A DNA stretch of 64,000 nt from Phoronis australis (lineage: Eukaryota; Animalia; Phoronida), in NCBI GenBank assembly GCA_002633005.1, contig NMRA01000369.1, positions 82,614-146,613 of the forward strand, read 5' to 3'. Under the pieces are notes generated by a model. That model did no database searches. It was not told where the DNA came from and saw only the letters and a program-made list of their open reading frames with translations. Both the position numbers and the translations under genes were made by a program. Positions 50,454-64,000 of the stretch are shown piece by piece. How positions within the stretch are numbered: the stretch's first letter is position 1; every line of letters begins with the position of its first letter.

Positions 50454-51771
50454 CACTCCCTGTCCATGAGGTGATGTCTCAGTTTTGGCAAGAAACGGTT
50501 TTTTATATTAAATTACGCATGCCTTGTTATTCAGCACGTGTCAATTTCATAAAAACGAGGACATTCATTGACTGGTTGAAATATTTTGTCTGCGACAAGG
50601 ATATAGAGAAAATTTTCACAGAAAACAAAAAAGGAGTTTCCCGAATAAGGGGGACTTATAATTGGAAAAACATTCGGTTTTCAGACGAGATCCTATTTTA
50701 AAGGCCTTGTAAGAAACTACATCAACGACAAAATGCCGTTGGAAACGTTGACCGCAGCAGACGACACGTGTCGGAGAGTTAGTGCAACGCAAATGAACGC
50801 TTTATCACCACGTCAAAACATGGTCGTATCGTACGATACTATCAAATCGAACGACATGGCAACGGACGCTTGTTGTATGCGTACTTCAGTGATGGGAATG
50901 TTTTGCTTAATTTAAATTGCAACTGCGTCAGTGTTGTTGTACCTGGCACAAAGTTGCAATTGTCAATCCCCAAATATCAATGCCATATTACTGCTTTCAG
51001 ACTGTCTAATTCCAACCTAAACTCTTAAAGGACCATACGTTGAGTAGATGAACAGTAGGTATAATACTTTTGCTTAATCGGGGCCTGAGGTCTTTAATCA
51101 GCAACCTTATCGACAAGTCTGAGCGTTTAGCCAAATATGAAGAATTAGTCTTGTAAGTTTACATTTTCTGAATACAGAAAGTGTGTAAATTTCTGAGATC
51201 TGGACTTCATATTAATCTCATTGTTTGGGTTACAAGACCATGCGAGATTTATGCTGTACTGACCGATGCTTCACTAGTGTGACCGTTACCTCAAGACAAT
51301 CCCTTTCACATAGTTGCAAGTGTCGATTGTTTTGATTTAATTTTGCGGCGCGTCACAAAAAACGACTGAGTCGTGAAAAAAGTTAATGCTTCTTGTTGTT
51401 ATGGTTATTTTATAAATTCTAGTAGTAGGTGGAATGGAGCTCATAGGTGTTATTTTTGGCTTGATAAACAGCATAATTCATATTTCCTGTTACTTTGAAC
51501 TTGAGTTGTTTGACTTGACGAAGCAGAGCTCAATATAGTTTTAAGCCGACAAAAGGAAAATTAGATTCATACCAGAACAACGGTGTCGGTGTACTGGCAC
51601 ATTTTTTAATAATGATATAAATTGTCAAAACGTTTGTCACAGTTTTCTAAAATCACTGTTCTTTTGTGCTTTATGTAATTTTTGTGTTTTTAATGACACC
51701 ATAAAAGTTAAAAAATTCAATGACACATTAAGTAAGAATGAAAGATTTCGAATATTTCCTGACTACGTTTG

Positions 51772-51895
51772 GGGGAGGCAGTGTGGCCTAGTGTGATAGG
51801 TGCCCGCTTTCTTTACTTGAGGTCGTGGGTTCGAGTCCCACTGGGACACTCTGCTAGACCCTTGAGTCAGGTTTCTAGCTCCTCAGCTCGGTTTT
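51772..51895 (+). mobile_element. tRNA-derived SINE fragment
   Basis: A-box-like TGGCCTAGTG (51784) and B-box GGTTCGAGTCC (51828-51838); no complete cloverleaf; followed by a CCCTTGAG.CAGG core-like tail. Confidence 0.7.
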
Positions 51896-54000
51896 AACTA
51901 TATATTAATAAAGCAGGTGATCAATGCAAAGGGCCTACATCGTACAACGTGTATCAGATCGCCTGCAATTATTTTATATAACTAGTTTTGGATAACAAGG
52001 AGAGCAGTTGATTAATCCAATTGTCTGAAAGTTTCATTTGAATCCAATCAAGCATTCTTGAGATGGTGCGTCGAAGCCCGGGTAAACTGAAAATTTGGCA
52101 TCTTTTTAGGATTACCAGTAGCCGTAAGTTACTGTAAATCAAATTCGAGTTTCTAGTTCTGATGTTACCGCTAAACTCTAGCTATGGTCTACTCGTGGCG
52201 ACAATCACGTGACCAACATTGCGGTCATCTATCACAGAACAAGAGTACCGCGTTCGGTAAAGCAAATGTCACTCGTGAGACACTTTCGAGAACTTTTTTT
52301 CGAAATATTTAGTTTACTTAAATCTTTCTACTGTAAGTCAACATTACATGCATATCACTGCAGTGGAGGCTATTTTGCTAGTGTAGCTACTAAGGTTTCG
52401 AGTTTACTCAACATTTACCCGCTAACGTGGTCTTGCGTGACCTTGCGTGATCTGAGTTCCCAAATTCGGAAGAAGATTTCTGTACAAAACGTAGGTCAGA
52501 ATATAGTACTAATGGTTGCCAGACTCTAAGCCAGTATAACATGGGTGTTGCAGGTCGGTTCTAAAATCACTGGCATAAAAGGTCTTGTACATCTAGAAGG
52601 CAGTACATGTGTCTTTAAATAAGTACATTCACAGAAGATTCTGTTGCAGGATTTATTTTCTTGTTTATCGCGTAATGAAAAACTTGCACTGTTTTGTTGT
52701 TGGTTACATTATGTTTTCAACCCACCGATGTTTTGATTTAGAACGCGCAAGATGTATCTAATTAGCTGAGTATCAGAAAACAGGATTTGACGAAAGCAAC
52801 CGTAATTCTTGGGTAAAAATTGTCGTCTTTCTTCTCGTCTTCGTGCACGGTGGCAAAAGCATGAAACTTGGCAACTTGATGCTTTTAAACTATGCTTTTC
52901 ATTTTTAACTGCAGGTACCAAACTTTCATTCAGTTACTTCTCAGTTAGCAACAAGTACATGTACTAAGAAATCGATCATTATCGTGATGTAGCCACACAA
53001 AGTAATGTGAATTTTTATCCAATTACAAAGAATTCCCACTCTTTTGAAAATATTATGATGCTGATTTTAGGTGGAATATGCTAAAAATGTCCCCTTTGCA
53101 GTGGTTGCTAGATAACATGTTAACCATAGCAACAGCTGTTTCGGGCGAAATGCCTGGTCATCAATAAGTACTAATGCCAGTGAAATCTGCCCTAACCAGG
53201 CAGTGTTGATCATTTTAGCCAAGGGGCGCCAAAATGACGACAATTTCTTAGCAACGGTTACTTGGAAATATGCTTATTATAGCCAGCAACGTAAAGCAAG
53301 TCTCATATTTAGTCGTAAAATTTTCCACTGCGATATAAATTTTGAATAAAATATGCCGAAATTGGAAATTCTTGGCAAAGCTGGCAATAGGTAACCTGCT
53401 TGGCATTGCAACCGCCGTTGGATAGAACGCTCAGCAACAATTACTCGGTTTTTATGCTTCTTATTTTCCGGTGACTGTGTCAAACGTTTGAATTCTGTCA
53501 TGGTGACGGTTACCAAGGAACATTTTACTATGGCTACAATTGATTGCAATACTTGTAGCATTCAGTAAATATTTTCATTGTAAATTATCTGGGAGTCGTA
53601 ATTACTGCCAACGAAAGAAATTTTTGTCATTTTCGGGTAAAAAACAAAAAACAAAAATTTGATCTAAAATATCCATTTGCTTTATACTGTTGAGTCTGAG
53701 GATGGTCACGTGACTTCGTATTTGGCTTTGCGCCATACGTCGACTGGAACAGGTGTTCAAGGCTGCGCGTAAGATATTTGCCAGTCGTAAGTTCTTGATG
53801 ACCTTTTTCAAGTTTCCCGAATATATTCTGGTAAGTACACGGAGCACCCGATACAATCTTGAACAAAATCGTACTCTCGCTTTGACTACAGGTAGGCAAC
53901 CAAAAATAAACGTCACTTGCAGTGCACAAATACATATGTATATGATTGGAATTTATTTCACAAGAGCTATTTGTTGTCATTACATTCTTATGTGTACATA

Positions 54001-56337
54001 TAGGTTATCCCATATACATAGGAATACTGCCGTATCCTATCGAGAATTAATTTCATCTGGGACATTCCCAGGTGAAATGAACTCGAGATAGGATAGCGCA
54101 GCAGTATTTCTATGTATGCGGCATAACCTATTTATCCCATATATATGGACCTATTTGCATCATCGTAGCAATACCTTGTTGCCGTGTGATCCGGCTTGTT
54201 GTTATATGACGTCATATGTATGCCAATTACGGTACCCAAGCCGGTTAAGCGACAGCTCGAAGACAATCTGTGAAAGTGTTGAATAACCAATAATGTTTTA
54301 TTTCATAATCAAATTGATCAGAATTTTTTGTTTGTGAAATATACAAGTTAAAGCACTGAACCATTCAATAATTTCGTACGTTTGTCTGAAACTTAGAAAC
54401 AATGCAGCCAGGAATATAAAAGTTAAAACATTCCCTTAATCGGCGCCCATTGTCTTCATCAGTGTGTCCTTTCAGCTTTGATGAATTTCTTAATTTTCTT
54501 AGTCTATTTTCGTGAATTATCTTCTGGACTGTAAATAGTAATAGAAACATTTCCCCCTGTTGATCACAACATTGGAAATAAAGGTGGAAATTGGGCTGAT
54601 TTGCAGAACTTGAATTGACTGAATCACAAAAAGCAGATTTTACGCTGCGGCCGGCAGCGACGGAGAGTACATTGAACGCTGCGAGCAGACGATTGGCTCA
54701 GTAAAAAAACACATACTTTCCATTAGAACCTAATTTTCTGTAAACACCTTAGCTCTGAATGTATGTATTGTACGCATCCATAACGAAACATTTACGTTGG
54801 ATTTGAGCTAAGATGTTTTGGCTGACTTTGCTAGCCGGGCGCGGGTGGGACGTTACTTACACTGTAGCTTGACCCATTTATGATGACCCAGATTGAAACT
54901 TTAGCGAGGCCCAAAAATAGTCGCCTGATCACCGTACGTCGGAATTTTCATCTGTAATTTTTCTGTTTTTAGAGCATAAAACTGCTTTTTCAGGAAAGAC
55001 GTACGCCTTGGATTGATGGTTTGGGTAACCAATGAACGAGCTCATTCAAATTTGGCGCACACGCGAATTTACCCGACAAGGAGACTGATCGTCAACCGTG
55101 AAATACGGCTTCTAACCGTTAAATATGGCCTCTACCGCGGTATATGGATTAGCTCTATTTTCCTGTATTTCATAGTTAATCACGTGATGTATACAACGTC
55201 CGTAATTCCACATATATGGGACTGATAAAAACCTTTACAGCCTACGCTACGTACAGGCATTAATTTCGTACCACTAGCGTGTTATCTTTTATCCCATAGG
55301 CCATTATGTATATGTGAAAAGATGAATGTTGTATACGTCACGTTATTAACTGTGAAATATGTGAAAGTAGAGCCAATCCGTTTAAAACGGTACAAACCGT
55401 ATACAGCGGCCGAAGCCGTATTTCACGGTTGGTGAGCAGTCTCCTGGTGGAGTAAGTTCGCGAGTGCAACGCCAAATTTGATTGAGGTCGTTCATTTGGG
55501 TTACCTGAATCGTTAATCCAAGTATTCGGTCCCGAAAAAAGCAGTTTGCTGCTCTGAAAACAGACAAGATTTGCCGATAAAAAATTCCGTCGCAGTGGTC
55601 AGGCGGCTATTTTTGGGCCTCGCTGAAGTTTCAATCTGGGTCATCATAAATAGGCCAAGCTACATGTAAATAGCGCCCCTGGCCAACAAAATCACCCAAA
55701 AATCAAATCCAACGAAAACGTTTCGTTATGCATGCATACAGTATGCACACTGAGAGCTAAGGTCTTAACAGGAAATTGTGACCTAATATCGAGTATGTGT
55801 TTTTTTACTGAGACAATCGTCTGCTCGCAGCGTTCAACTCCCCGTCGCTGACGTCTTTGCGTAAAATCTGCTTTTTGCGATACAGTCCTTACCTCAAGTT
55901 CAGCAAATCAGCAGAGATTCCACCGTTATTTTCCAATGCTGTGATAAACAAGGGAAAACGTTTCTATTATTATTTACAGTCCAAAAGCTAAGACACGAAA
56001 ATAGACGAAGATATCTGAGAAACTCGTCGAACCTAAAATGACTTGCTGCTGCACAGCTGTTCAGGGTTTGTTTCAACTTTTGTATTCCCCGATGAATTGT
56101 TTCTAAATTTCGGACAAATTTCTGAGTGGTTCAGTGCTTTAACTTGCATATTTCACAAACTGAAAAAATCTAATCAATTTATTAGGAAATAAATCTCTAC
56201 TGGTAATTCAACACTTTCACAGATAGTCTTGTCGCTTAACCGGATTGGGTACCGTACTTGGCATATATATTTGACGTCATATAACAACAAGTCGGAGCAC
56301 ACGGCAACAAGGTTTTGCGGCGATGATGCAAATAAGT

Positions 56338-56390
<53 letters not shown>

Positions 56391-56490
56391 AGATCATAGG
56401 TTATCCCACAAAATTCGGTCGAGTTGGGACATTTCCAGATGAAATGAATTCTCGATAGAGTACCGCAGTAGTATTCTTATGTATATCTTG
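54001..56490. mobile_element. ~2.5-kb foldback element with ~1.2-kb diverged inverted arms
   Basis: 54012-55220 is the reverse complement of 55305-56490 (e.g. TGAACGCTGCGAGCAGACGATTG vs CAATCGTCTGCTCGCAGCGTTCA); ~85-bp spacer; no real ORF. Confidence 0.85.
56340..56390. repeat. (TA)n(TG)n microsatellite
   Basis: Directly visible; not expanded at the equivalent site (~59723) of the second copy. Confidence 0.95.
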
Positions 56491-58076
56491 TAATAGATCC
56501 TTTCAGATTATCTCATGTCAGTAACCAGATGCGGAATTTTCAGACGACAGAAGCATGGAATCGGGTATCAAAACCAAAGCTAAGTTAACATTTCTGCTTT
56601 TGATAACTTCTTCTCCTTCCTTTTCTCAAGTTCGGCCAACTTCGAGACATCATATCTCAGAAATGACTGATCAAATTCATATTAAACTTTCATATACAAT
56701 ACGTTATGCACTGTTCTCCAATTGCTGTTAAGATTCTTTTAAATATTCCAGCGTTTTTAACTATTCACCTTGTGCATATATATCAAATACAATTTGGTCA
56801 CATTAACGCTGTTGTACTTTTCTTTTTTGCTAAATTTTACTAAAATGACATGGACACGTGGCCCAATTAATGGCGCATTTGCAAAATTTCAAAATTCAAA
56901 AACCTAGTCTTTCTACTTTACGAAAATGTGAACTTCTGCTGAGTTAAACTCAACAGTTTTGTAGATATTTGGCTAATGACCCACACGACAGAGCTTAAAA
57001 AGTTCGGCGAAGTGCTAGTGGCCCTGTGGCAAAATTGAGGCCTGTAGAATGAGATAGACCGTGTAATTACAACCACAAGAAAAATTGTGAAACAAAATTT
57101 GGAACGGCGTCATCATTATAAGTAACGGTCATTATAACGATTCGTTTCCATGGAATCACTGGTTTATGGAACTCTATAATCTGTCCAAAGGATTCTGATA
57201 ATCATGCTGCATTGACACCAACTATGTTACTGTAAGTCCCGACGCACTCTTGTGTTTGTAGTCTGACTATATTTGCCATCTGTTGGTGGTTTATGTGTTT
57301 GCTCTCCAGCTTCTACCGCGTATATTTTCCACGTGACTAATTCTTCAATAGAATTTTGCATATGTATAACTGCTCGGCACACCATAGTTTATAGCTGTAA
57401 CGCGCGCCAGCTTAGCTCATTCGTGCTNNNNNNNNNNNNNNNNNNNNNNNNNNNNNNNNNNNNNNNNNNNNNNNNNNNNNNNNNNNNNNNNNNNNNNNNN
57501 NNNNNNNNNNNNNNNNNNNNNNNNNNNNNNNNNNNNNNNNNNNNNNNNNNNNNNNNNNNNNNNNNNNNNNNNNNNNNNNNNNNNNNNNNNNNNNNNNNNN
57601 NNNNNNNNNNNNNNNNNNNNNNNNNNNNNNNNNNNNNNNNNNNNNNNNNNNNNNNNNNNNNNNNNNNNNNNNNNNNNNNNNNNNNNNNNNNNNNNNNNNN
57701 NNNNNNNNNNNNNNNNNNNNNNNNNNNNNNNNNNNNNNNNNNNNNNNNNNNNNNNNNNNNNNNNNNNNNNNNNNNNNNNNNNNNNNNNNNNNNNNNNNNN
57801 NNNNNNNNNNNNNNNNNNNNNNNNNNNNNNNNNNNNNNNNNNNNNNNNNNNNNNNNNNNNNNNNNNNNNNNNNNNNNNNNNNNNNNNNNNNNNNNNNNNN
57901 NNNNNNNNNNNNNNNNNNNNNNNNNNNNNNNNNNNNNNNNNNNNNNNNNNNNNNNNNNNNNNNNNNNNNNNNNNNNNNNNNNNNNNNNNNNNNNNNNNNN
58001 NNNNNNNNNNNNNNNNNNNNNNNNNNNNNNNNNNNNNNNNNNNNNNNNNNNNNNNNNNNNNNNNNNNNNNNNNNNN

Positions 58077-61015
58077 ACATTGAACGCTGCGAGCAGACGA
58101 TTGGCTCAGTAAAAAACACATACTTTCCATTAGGTCCTAATTTTCTGAATGTAGATATATTGTATGCATCCATAACGAAACATTTACGTTGAATTTGAGC
58201 TAAGATTTTTTTGGTTGATTTTGCTAGCCGGGCGCCGGGGGGGGGGGGGACGTTACTTAGCTTGACCCATTTATGATGACCCAGATTGAAACTTTAGCGA
58301 GGCCCAAAAATAGCCGCCTGATCACCGTACGTCGGAGTTCCCATCGGTATTTTCTCTGTTTTAGAGCATAAAACTACTTTTTCAGGAACGACGTACGCCT
58401 TGGATTGATGGCTTGGGTAACCAATGAACGAGCTCATTCAAATTTGGCGCACACGCGAATTTACCCGACAAGGAGACTGATCGTCAACCGTGAAATATGG
58501 CTTCTTACCGTTAAATATGGCCTCTACCGTGGTATATGGATTAGCTCTACTTTCCTGTATTTCATCACGTGACGTATACAACATCCGTAATTCCACATAT
58601 ATGGGACTGATAAAAGCCTTTACAGCCTGCGCTACGTACAGGCATTAATTTCGTACCACTAGCGTGTTCATTTATCCCATCGGCCTTTATGTATATGTGA
58701 AAATATGAATGTTTTATAAGTCACGTTATTAACTGTGAAATATGGGAAAGTAGAGCCCCATCCGTTTAAAACGGTAGAAACCGTATACAGCGGCAGAAGC
58801 CGTATTTCACGGTTGGTGAGCAGTCTCCTGGTGGAGTAAGTTCGCGAGTGCAACGCCAAATTTGATTGAGGGCGTTCATTTGGGTTACCTGAATCGTTAA
58901 TCCAAGTCGTCGGTCCCGAAAAAAGCAGTTTGCTGCTCTGAAAACAGACAAGATTTATTTGCCGATAAAAAATTCCGTTGCAGTGGTCAGGCGGCTATTT
59001 TTGGGCCTCGCTGAAGTTTCAATCTGGGTCCTCATAAATAGGTCAAGCTAAATGTAAATAGCGCCCCTGGCCAACAAAATCAGCCAAAAATCAAATCCAA
59101 CGAAAACAGTTCGTTACGGATGCATACAGTATGCACACTGAGAGTTAAGGTCTTAACAGGAAGTTGTGACCTAATATCGAGTATGTGTTTTTTTTACTGT
59201 GACAATCGCCTGCTCGCAGCGTTCAACTCCCCGTCGCTGGTGTGTTAGCGTAAAATCTGCTTTTTGCGATACAGGCCTTACCTTAAGTTCAGCAAATCAG
59301 CACAGATATTTTCCAATGCTATGGTCAACAAGGGAAAACCTTTTCTATTATTATTTACAGTCCAAAAGCTAAGGCACGAAAATAGACGAAGATATCTAAG
59401 AAACTCGTCGAACCTAAAACGACATGCTCTGCACAACTGTTCAGGGTTTGTTTCAACTTTTATATTCCCCGATGGTTTGTTTCTAAATTTCTGACAAATT
59501 TCTGAGTGGTTCAGTGCTTTAAAGTGCATATTTCACAAACTGAAAAAATCGAATCAATTTATTCGGAAATAAATCTCTACTGGTAATTCAACACTTTCAC
59601 AGTCTTGTCGCTTTACCGGATTGAGTACCGTACTTGGCATATATATTTGACGTCATACAGTATAACAATAAGTCGGAGCACACGGCAACAAGGTTTTGCG
59701 GCGATGATGCAAATAAGTCCACATATATGAGATAAATAGGTTATCCCACAAAATTCGGTAGAGTTGGGACATTTCCAGATGAAATGAATTCTCGATAGAG
59801 TACCGCAGTAGTATTCTTATGTATATCTTGTAATAGATCTGGGCCCAGTCTCGAATCCTTTTACTCGAAATGGAACTCGAAATAATGTTTGGCATTTTTT
59901 AATCTACTTTTGAGCAAACTCAAGATAAGTGTCCATTACTCAATGCTCGAATACATAATGACTTACGTGGATGATTGATTAGTCCTAGTTTGCAGTTGAC
60001 AAATCCAACATTAAAGCTAAAAGTTTGAGTTTAAACTCGAAATTTCGAGTTTTTACTCGAGTTTGTAGTACGCATATAAGGGTTTTTAAGTGCAAACTTG
60101 GACTAGAAACTCATAAGCATGAACTATAATTATTCGAGCACCATCTGATAACCAATTATCTTGAATTCGCACAAAAGGAGCAGAAAATTTGCCAAAAATA
60201 ATTTTCAGTTCGTTTCGAGTACAAAGATTAGAGACCGGGCCCCGGTCAGATTATCTCATGTCAGTAACCAGATGCGGAATTTTCAGACGACAGAAGCATG
60301 GAATCGGGTATCAAAACCAAAGCTAAGTTAACATGCCTGCTTTTGATAACTTCTTCTCCTTCCCTCTCTCCAACTTCGAGACATCATATCTCAGAAATGA
60401 CTGATCAAATTCATATCAAACTTTCATATACAATACGTTATGCACTGTTCTCCAGTAAGTTGCTGTTAGGATTCTTTTAAATGTTCCATTTTTGCATGAA
60501 AATTATAATATAGAAGCCCGTAACATCGTTTTTAACTATTCACCTTGTGCATATATATCAAACACAGTTTGGTCACATTAACGTTGTTGTACTTTTCTTT
60601 TTTGCTAAATTTTACTAAAATGACATGGACACGTGGCCCAATTAATGGCGCATTTGCAAAATTTCAAAATTCAAAAACCTAGTCCTATAGTCTTTCTACT
60701 TTATGAAAATGTGAACTTCTGCTGAGTTAAAATCAACAGTTTTGTAGATATTTGGCAAATGACCCAGACTACTCGACAGAGCTTAAAAAGTTCAGCGAAG
60801 TGCCAGTGGCCCTGTGGCAAAATTGAGGCCTGTAGAATGAGATAGACCGTGCAATTACAACCACAAGAAAAATTGTGAAACAAAATTTGAAACGGCGTGA
60901 TCATTATAAGTAACGGTCATTATAACGATTCGTTTCTACTGAATAACTGGTTTTTGTAACTCTATAATCTGTCCAAAGGATTCTAATAATCATGCTGCAT
61001 TGACACCAACTATGT
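58077..61015. repeat. Tandem second copy of ~54669-57226 (foldback element plus flank), 5' part in the gap
   Basis: Colinear, highly similar; both end ...GCATTGACACCAACTATGT. Confidence 0.92.
59839..60245. mobile_element. GGGCCC-terminated MITE present only in the second tandem copy
   Basis: Inverted ends CTGGGCCCAGTCTCGAATC / GATTAGAGACCGGGCCCCGG; the site in copy 1 (56495-56509) reads AGAT-CCTT-TCAGATT. Confidence 0.8.
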
Positions 61016-64000
61016 ACTATTAATTTCTCTACAGACCATTCAAAATTTCCCCGCATCCGTTTCAACATTAAGTTGAAATTGTGGGAGAATCTTCAGTTGC
61101 AAGGTTAAATTTTAAAAAGATTTGCCAACACCAGAAGCGTTTTCACACTTATTTCTTTTGAATTCATCTTGTGGTAATGAAAAATGAGAAACTCCTAACG
61201 AGTAAAGGAAATTTCGAGAACGAAGATGATATGCGCAGTGATAGCTATAGGATAAGTCATTGAGAAATTTGATACTATACGCTCCACACTACCCCCTGAA
61301 AAATAATATTAAATCTCATTTTAACAAAAATACAAAGTCTTAGATAATATATCACCCATTGCATGCACTTCTAGTTACTGAAACTTACAGTCCTTTCAGA
61401 GATATGATCTTCCGAAGTAGGCCAAATTTGGACATTATTCTGAGGTTCAGCATAACCTTAAGTCACTTTTATGAACCAGATACCTGATCATTTAAGGTAA
61501 CGAGAATCGGTACGTTTTTTCAAGGATGTTAAAAGACGCTGTGAGTGCACACTTTTATTTCCAAAGCAAAGAATACAGAGACACACCTGAGTGAAACAGC
61601 AATAAAATGTCACTAAATGATGGCACGGCAATTCTTCGCTTAAATTCTGAGCACACAATATGGCCAACAAGTGAAATTCCATTTTGTCAAATTTCTCCGC
61701 AAAAGTAAGGATTATTAATAACATTTTATTCTACTACAACCATGAATTGTAATGTGTGGATGTCACTAAACAACATTTGATGAAACTACCATTATTTGCA
61801 AAAAGGCCTTTGGCCTGAAAATGGAAAATTACCACTTTGGTTTTTACTGTTGTGCGAAATAAGTGGTGAATTACCCGTAGTGCTCCAGATTCATGTGTCT
61901 AGAATAATATAACCTACTGGTCAAATACATTAATTCCCTTAAAAGACATACAAAACAAAATTAAACTTATTATTGAAACAGGGAAATGATTCGATTATCT
62001 GGAAATTATAGTGTTTGTTAATAAAACATGTGGTTTTAACGCACAATTTTCTGTCAGTCGATTAACATTCTGCGCTGTGATCGGGTACTCTGCCAAGCCA
62101 ACATTCGCATTTTCTTGAGATTCTCGCGGCTCGGCGATAGAAAATGTTAAAGCAATAAAATGACAGTTACGTAACTTTACACGCGCGATGGAATGTACCC
62201 TACATTATTTTGTCATCAAAATATTGCAAATATCACAATGCCAATCGTAAAGGACACTTTCCTACGAAAGAAATGTAGAAAACCTCAATAAAAAAGCCGT
62301 AACAAAACTGCGCTGAAACGAGCAGACAACAAAATTGTCGTTTTTCTACATTCGTTGAGGGAGCTGACCTAGTGGAAGTTGAAACTATCACCAAAATAAT
62401 GCATGCAAGCAACCACTGTTTTACACGGATGGTTTTTTGTGTTATTAAAGTGTGCAACGGCTTTACAACTTCCATGGCTTCTGAAAAGTGTAAATGTAAA
62501 CAGATTCCTTACAATTATTTGGTTTAACTCTCGCTTTGGACTATATAGGCATGTATATACATGTATGCGTTTACAAGGTAACTCGCCTTCGATTACATCA
62601 GAATTGAAACTCGTCAAAATACTAGTCCTCGTAAAATTGAGCGCAACTAGTATTCGACTTGACAAAATTGCTCTGTTTAAAAGTCATAATTTGGTAATGA
62701 TACTCGCCATATAAGACCTCGTGTTCGGGTCACAGTTTTATAATATGTTGAGCGTAAAGGTGGGTGACAATCTGCCGGACAATCGGCACTATTAGAGGTA
62801 TAACGAAGGTACAAATATATATAAACGTTGCAAAGATGGTGACGATATGCCAAAGCAACTTCGTGACATCGACACTTGGGAAATTACGACTAAATAGAAA
62901 AGAGAAAAAAAAATGGATTGAGGGAGGGATATAGACATTGACTGAAAAACACAAAACTGAAGAGAATTTAATGGACGATGGAAAAGTGTTGAGAACATGA
63001 CGGGTGCAAAACCGAAATGATGATTGATGGAGAGTATGGTGTGACAAAACTTTGCGAGGTGAGGTGCTTGATGTGATGTGATGGCTAATTAACTGAAAAA
63101 TACGAAATTGAAGAGAATTATGGACGATGGCACAGTGTTGCGACGAGATAAAAGTTCATATTTATTATGACAAACTTAACTACTACTGATATCGATAAAT
63201 ACAAAGTAATATGTTGAGCTGTAAAGGTGGGTGACAATCTGCCACAGATGCAGCAGAAGGATGTATCCGCCCACCCGAGGGAGAGCGAGCGAGGCTGACA
63301 AAAATTAGAATGTGTAAACGGGAGTAAGAATGGTGAGGAATAATAAGAAAAAAATCTAACATGGAGTGGAATGTTTGGTTACCATGACAATAGAAAATTA
63401 TCAACGCGACTCAACAAGCTGTCGAAATGAGAGTAACCAAAACCTAAGAGGAGTACAAAGCAGTGATAATAACCAAGGGATATACACAAGGTGACGTACA
63501 TAACAGATACAGTGTATGTCGCATAGGTAGGTACATGTAAACAGAAATATTGACGCGTATAGACAGAAATACATACAGACAAGGAAACATCGGACTAAGG
63601 TAATGTTAAATGTAAACCCATATAACCTGTGGTAAAAATGCTAACATGGTGAGAATATACCATGGATAGGCTAGGAAGTGAACCAACAACAAGTATAATA
63701 AGGACCGGAACAGGTGCCCGGGAGGGAGAATCCCGAAAAGTTAAATGGTTAAGAGGCGATGAAAAGTGGGCTGGGCATTGGCAGTGGCCGAAGATGAAAA
63801 TGGAGAGTGAGTGAATCAGGACACTGGCAATCAGGTGCCCTAGGGTGAAATATGGGGTTGAGTAAGAAGGGCACTGGCAATACAGTTGCCCATAAAAAGG
63901 CAAATGTTGTAGAGCGACTCGGGACACTGCCGACACAGCAGCCCCTGAGATGAAGATGGGTGGTGAACTGGCTATACAATTGCCCCTATAATGAAAGGGG

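Noticed and set aside
51772-51850. Functional tRNA gene
   Set aside because: Acceptor and anticodon stems do not pair properly; SINE-like tail follows.
53602-54091. Overlapping ~100-aa ORFs with a CTG|GTAAGT donor
   Set aside because: No recognisable domain and no partner exons found.
54430-54466. CTGATGAAGAC on the minus strand as a second hammerhead
   Set aside because: No stem II closure or GAAA box follows.
63595-64000. Possible decayed RTE-LINE C-terminal fragment on the plus strand (..KW..KWAGH)
   Set aside because: Resemblance too weak to support without a search; minus-strand ORFs here look non-coding.

Overview
AT-rich, repeat-rich, intron-containing metazoan DNA, probably a marine invertebrate draft assembly (taxon not determinable; N-gaps at 19175-19466 and 57428-58076). 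Manual splicing with phase-consistent GT-AG junctions gives five protein-coding genes: (1) a ~192-aa type I transmembrane mucin-like protein with a Tyr-motif tail (+, 7006-13267); (2) a ~556-aa soluble ZU5-UPA-death-domain (UNC5CL/PIDD-like) protein with an HFT putative autoproteolysis site and a weak N-terminal RHIM-like segment (+, 15312-20174); (3) a small (~113-aa) orphan protein joining an amphipathic basic helix to a RHIM-like amyloid motif VQSGNHNTVV, with an NF-kB site upstream (-, ~26824-29829; first and last exons uncertain); (4) COA8/APOPT1 (-, 36653-39042); (5) a secreted 271-aa protein with three atypical Kazal domains and an acidic tail (-, 43300-50395), whose 3' part is duplicated as a pseudogene fragment at 1-3542. 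Non-genic features include a Penelope-like remnant with a hammerhead-like motif, a THAP remnant in a Kolobok-like element, a ~2.5-kb foldback element present twice in tandem, MITEs, a tRNA-derived SINE, minisatellites and a co-oriented cluster of CTCF-like motifs. The most interesting hypothesis is that genes 1-3 form an undescribed RHIM/death-domain innate-immune signalling cluster. All family assignments come from motif recognition by eye, not database searches.
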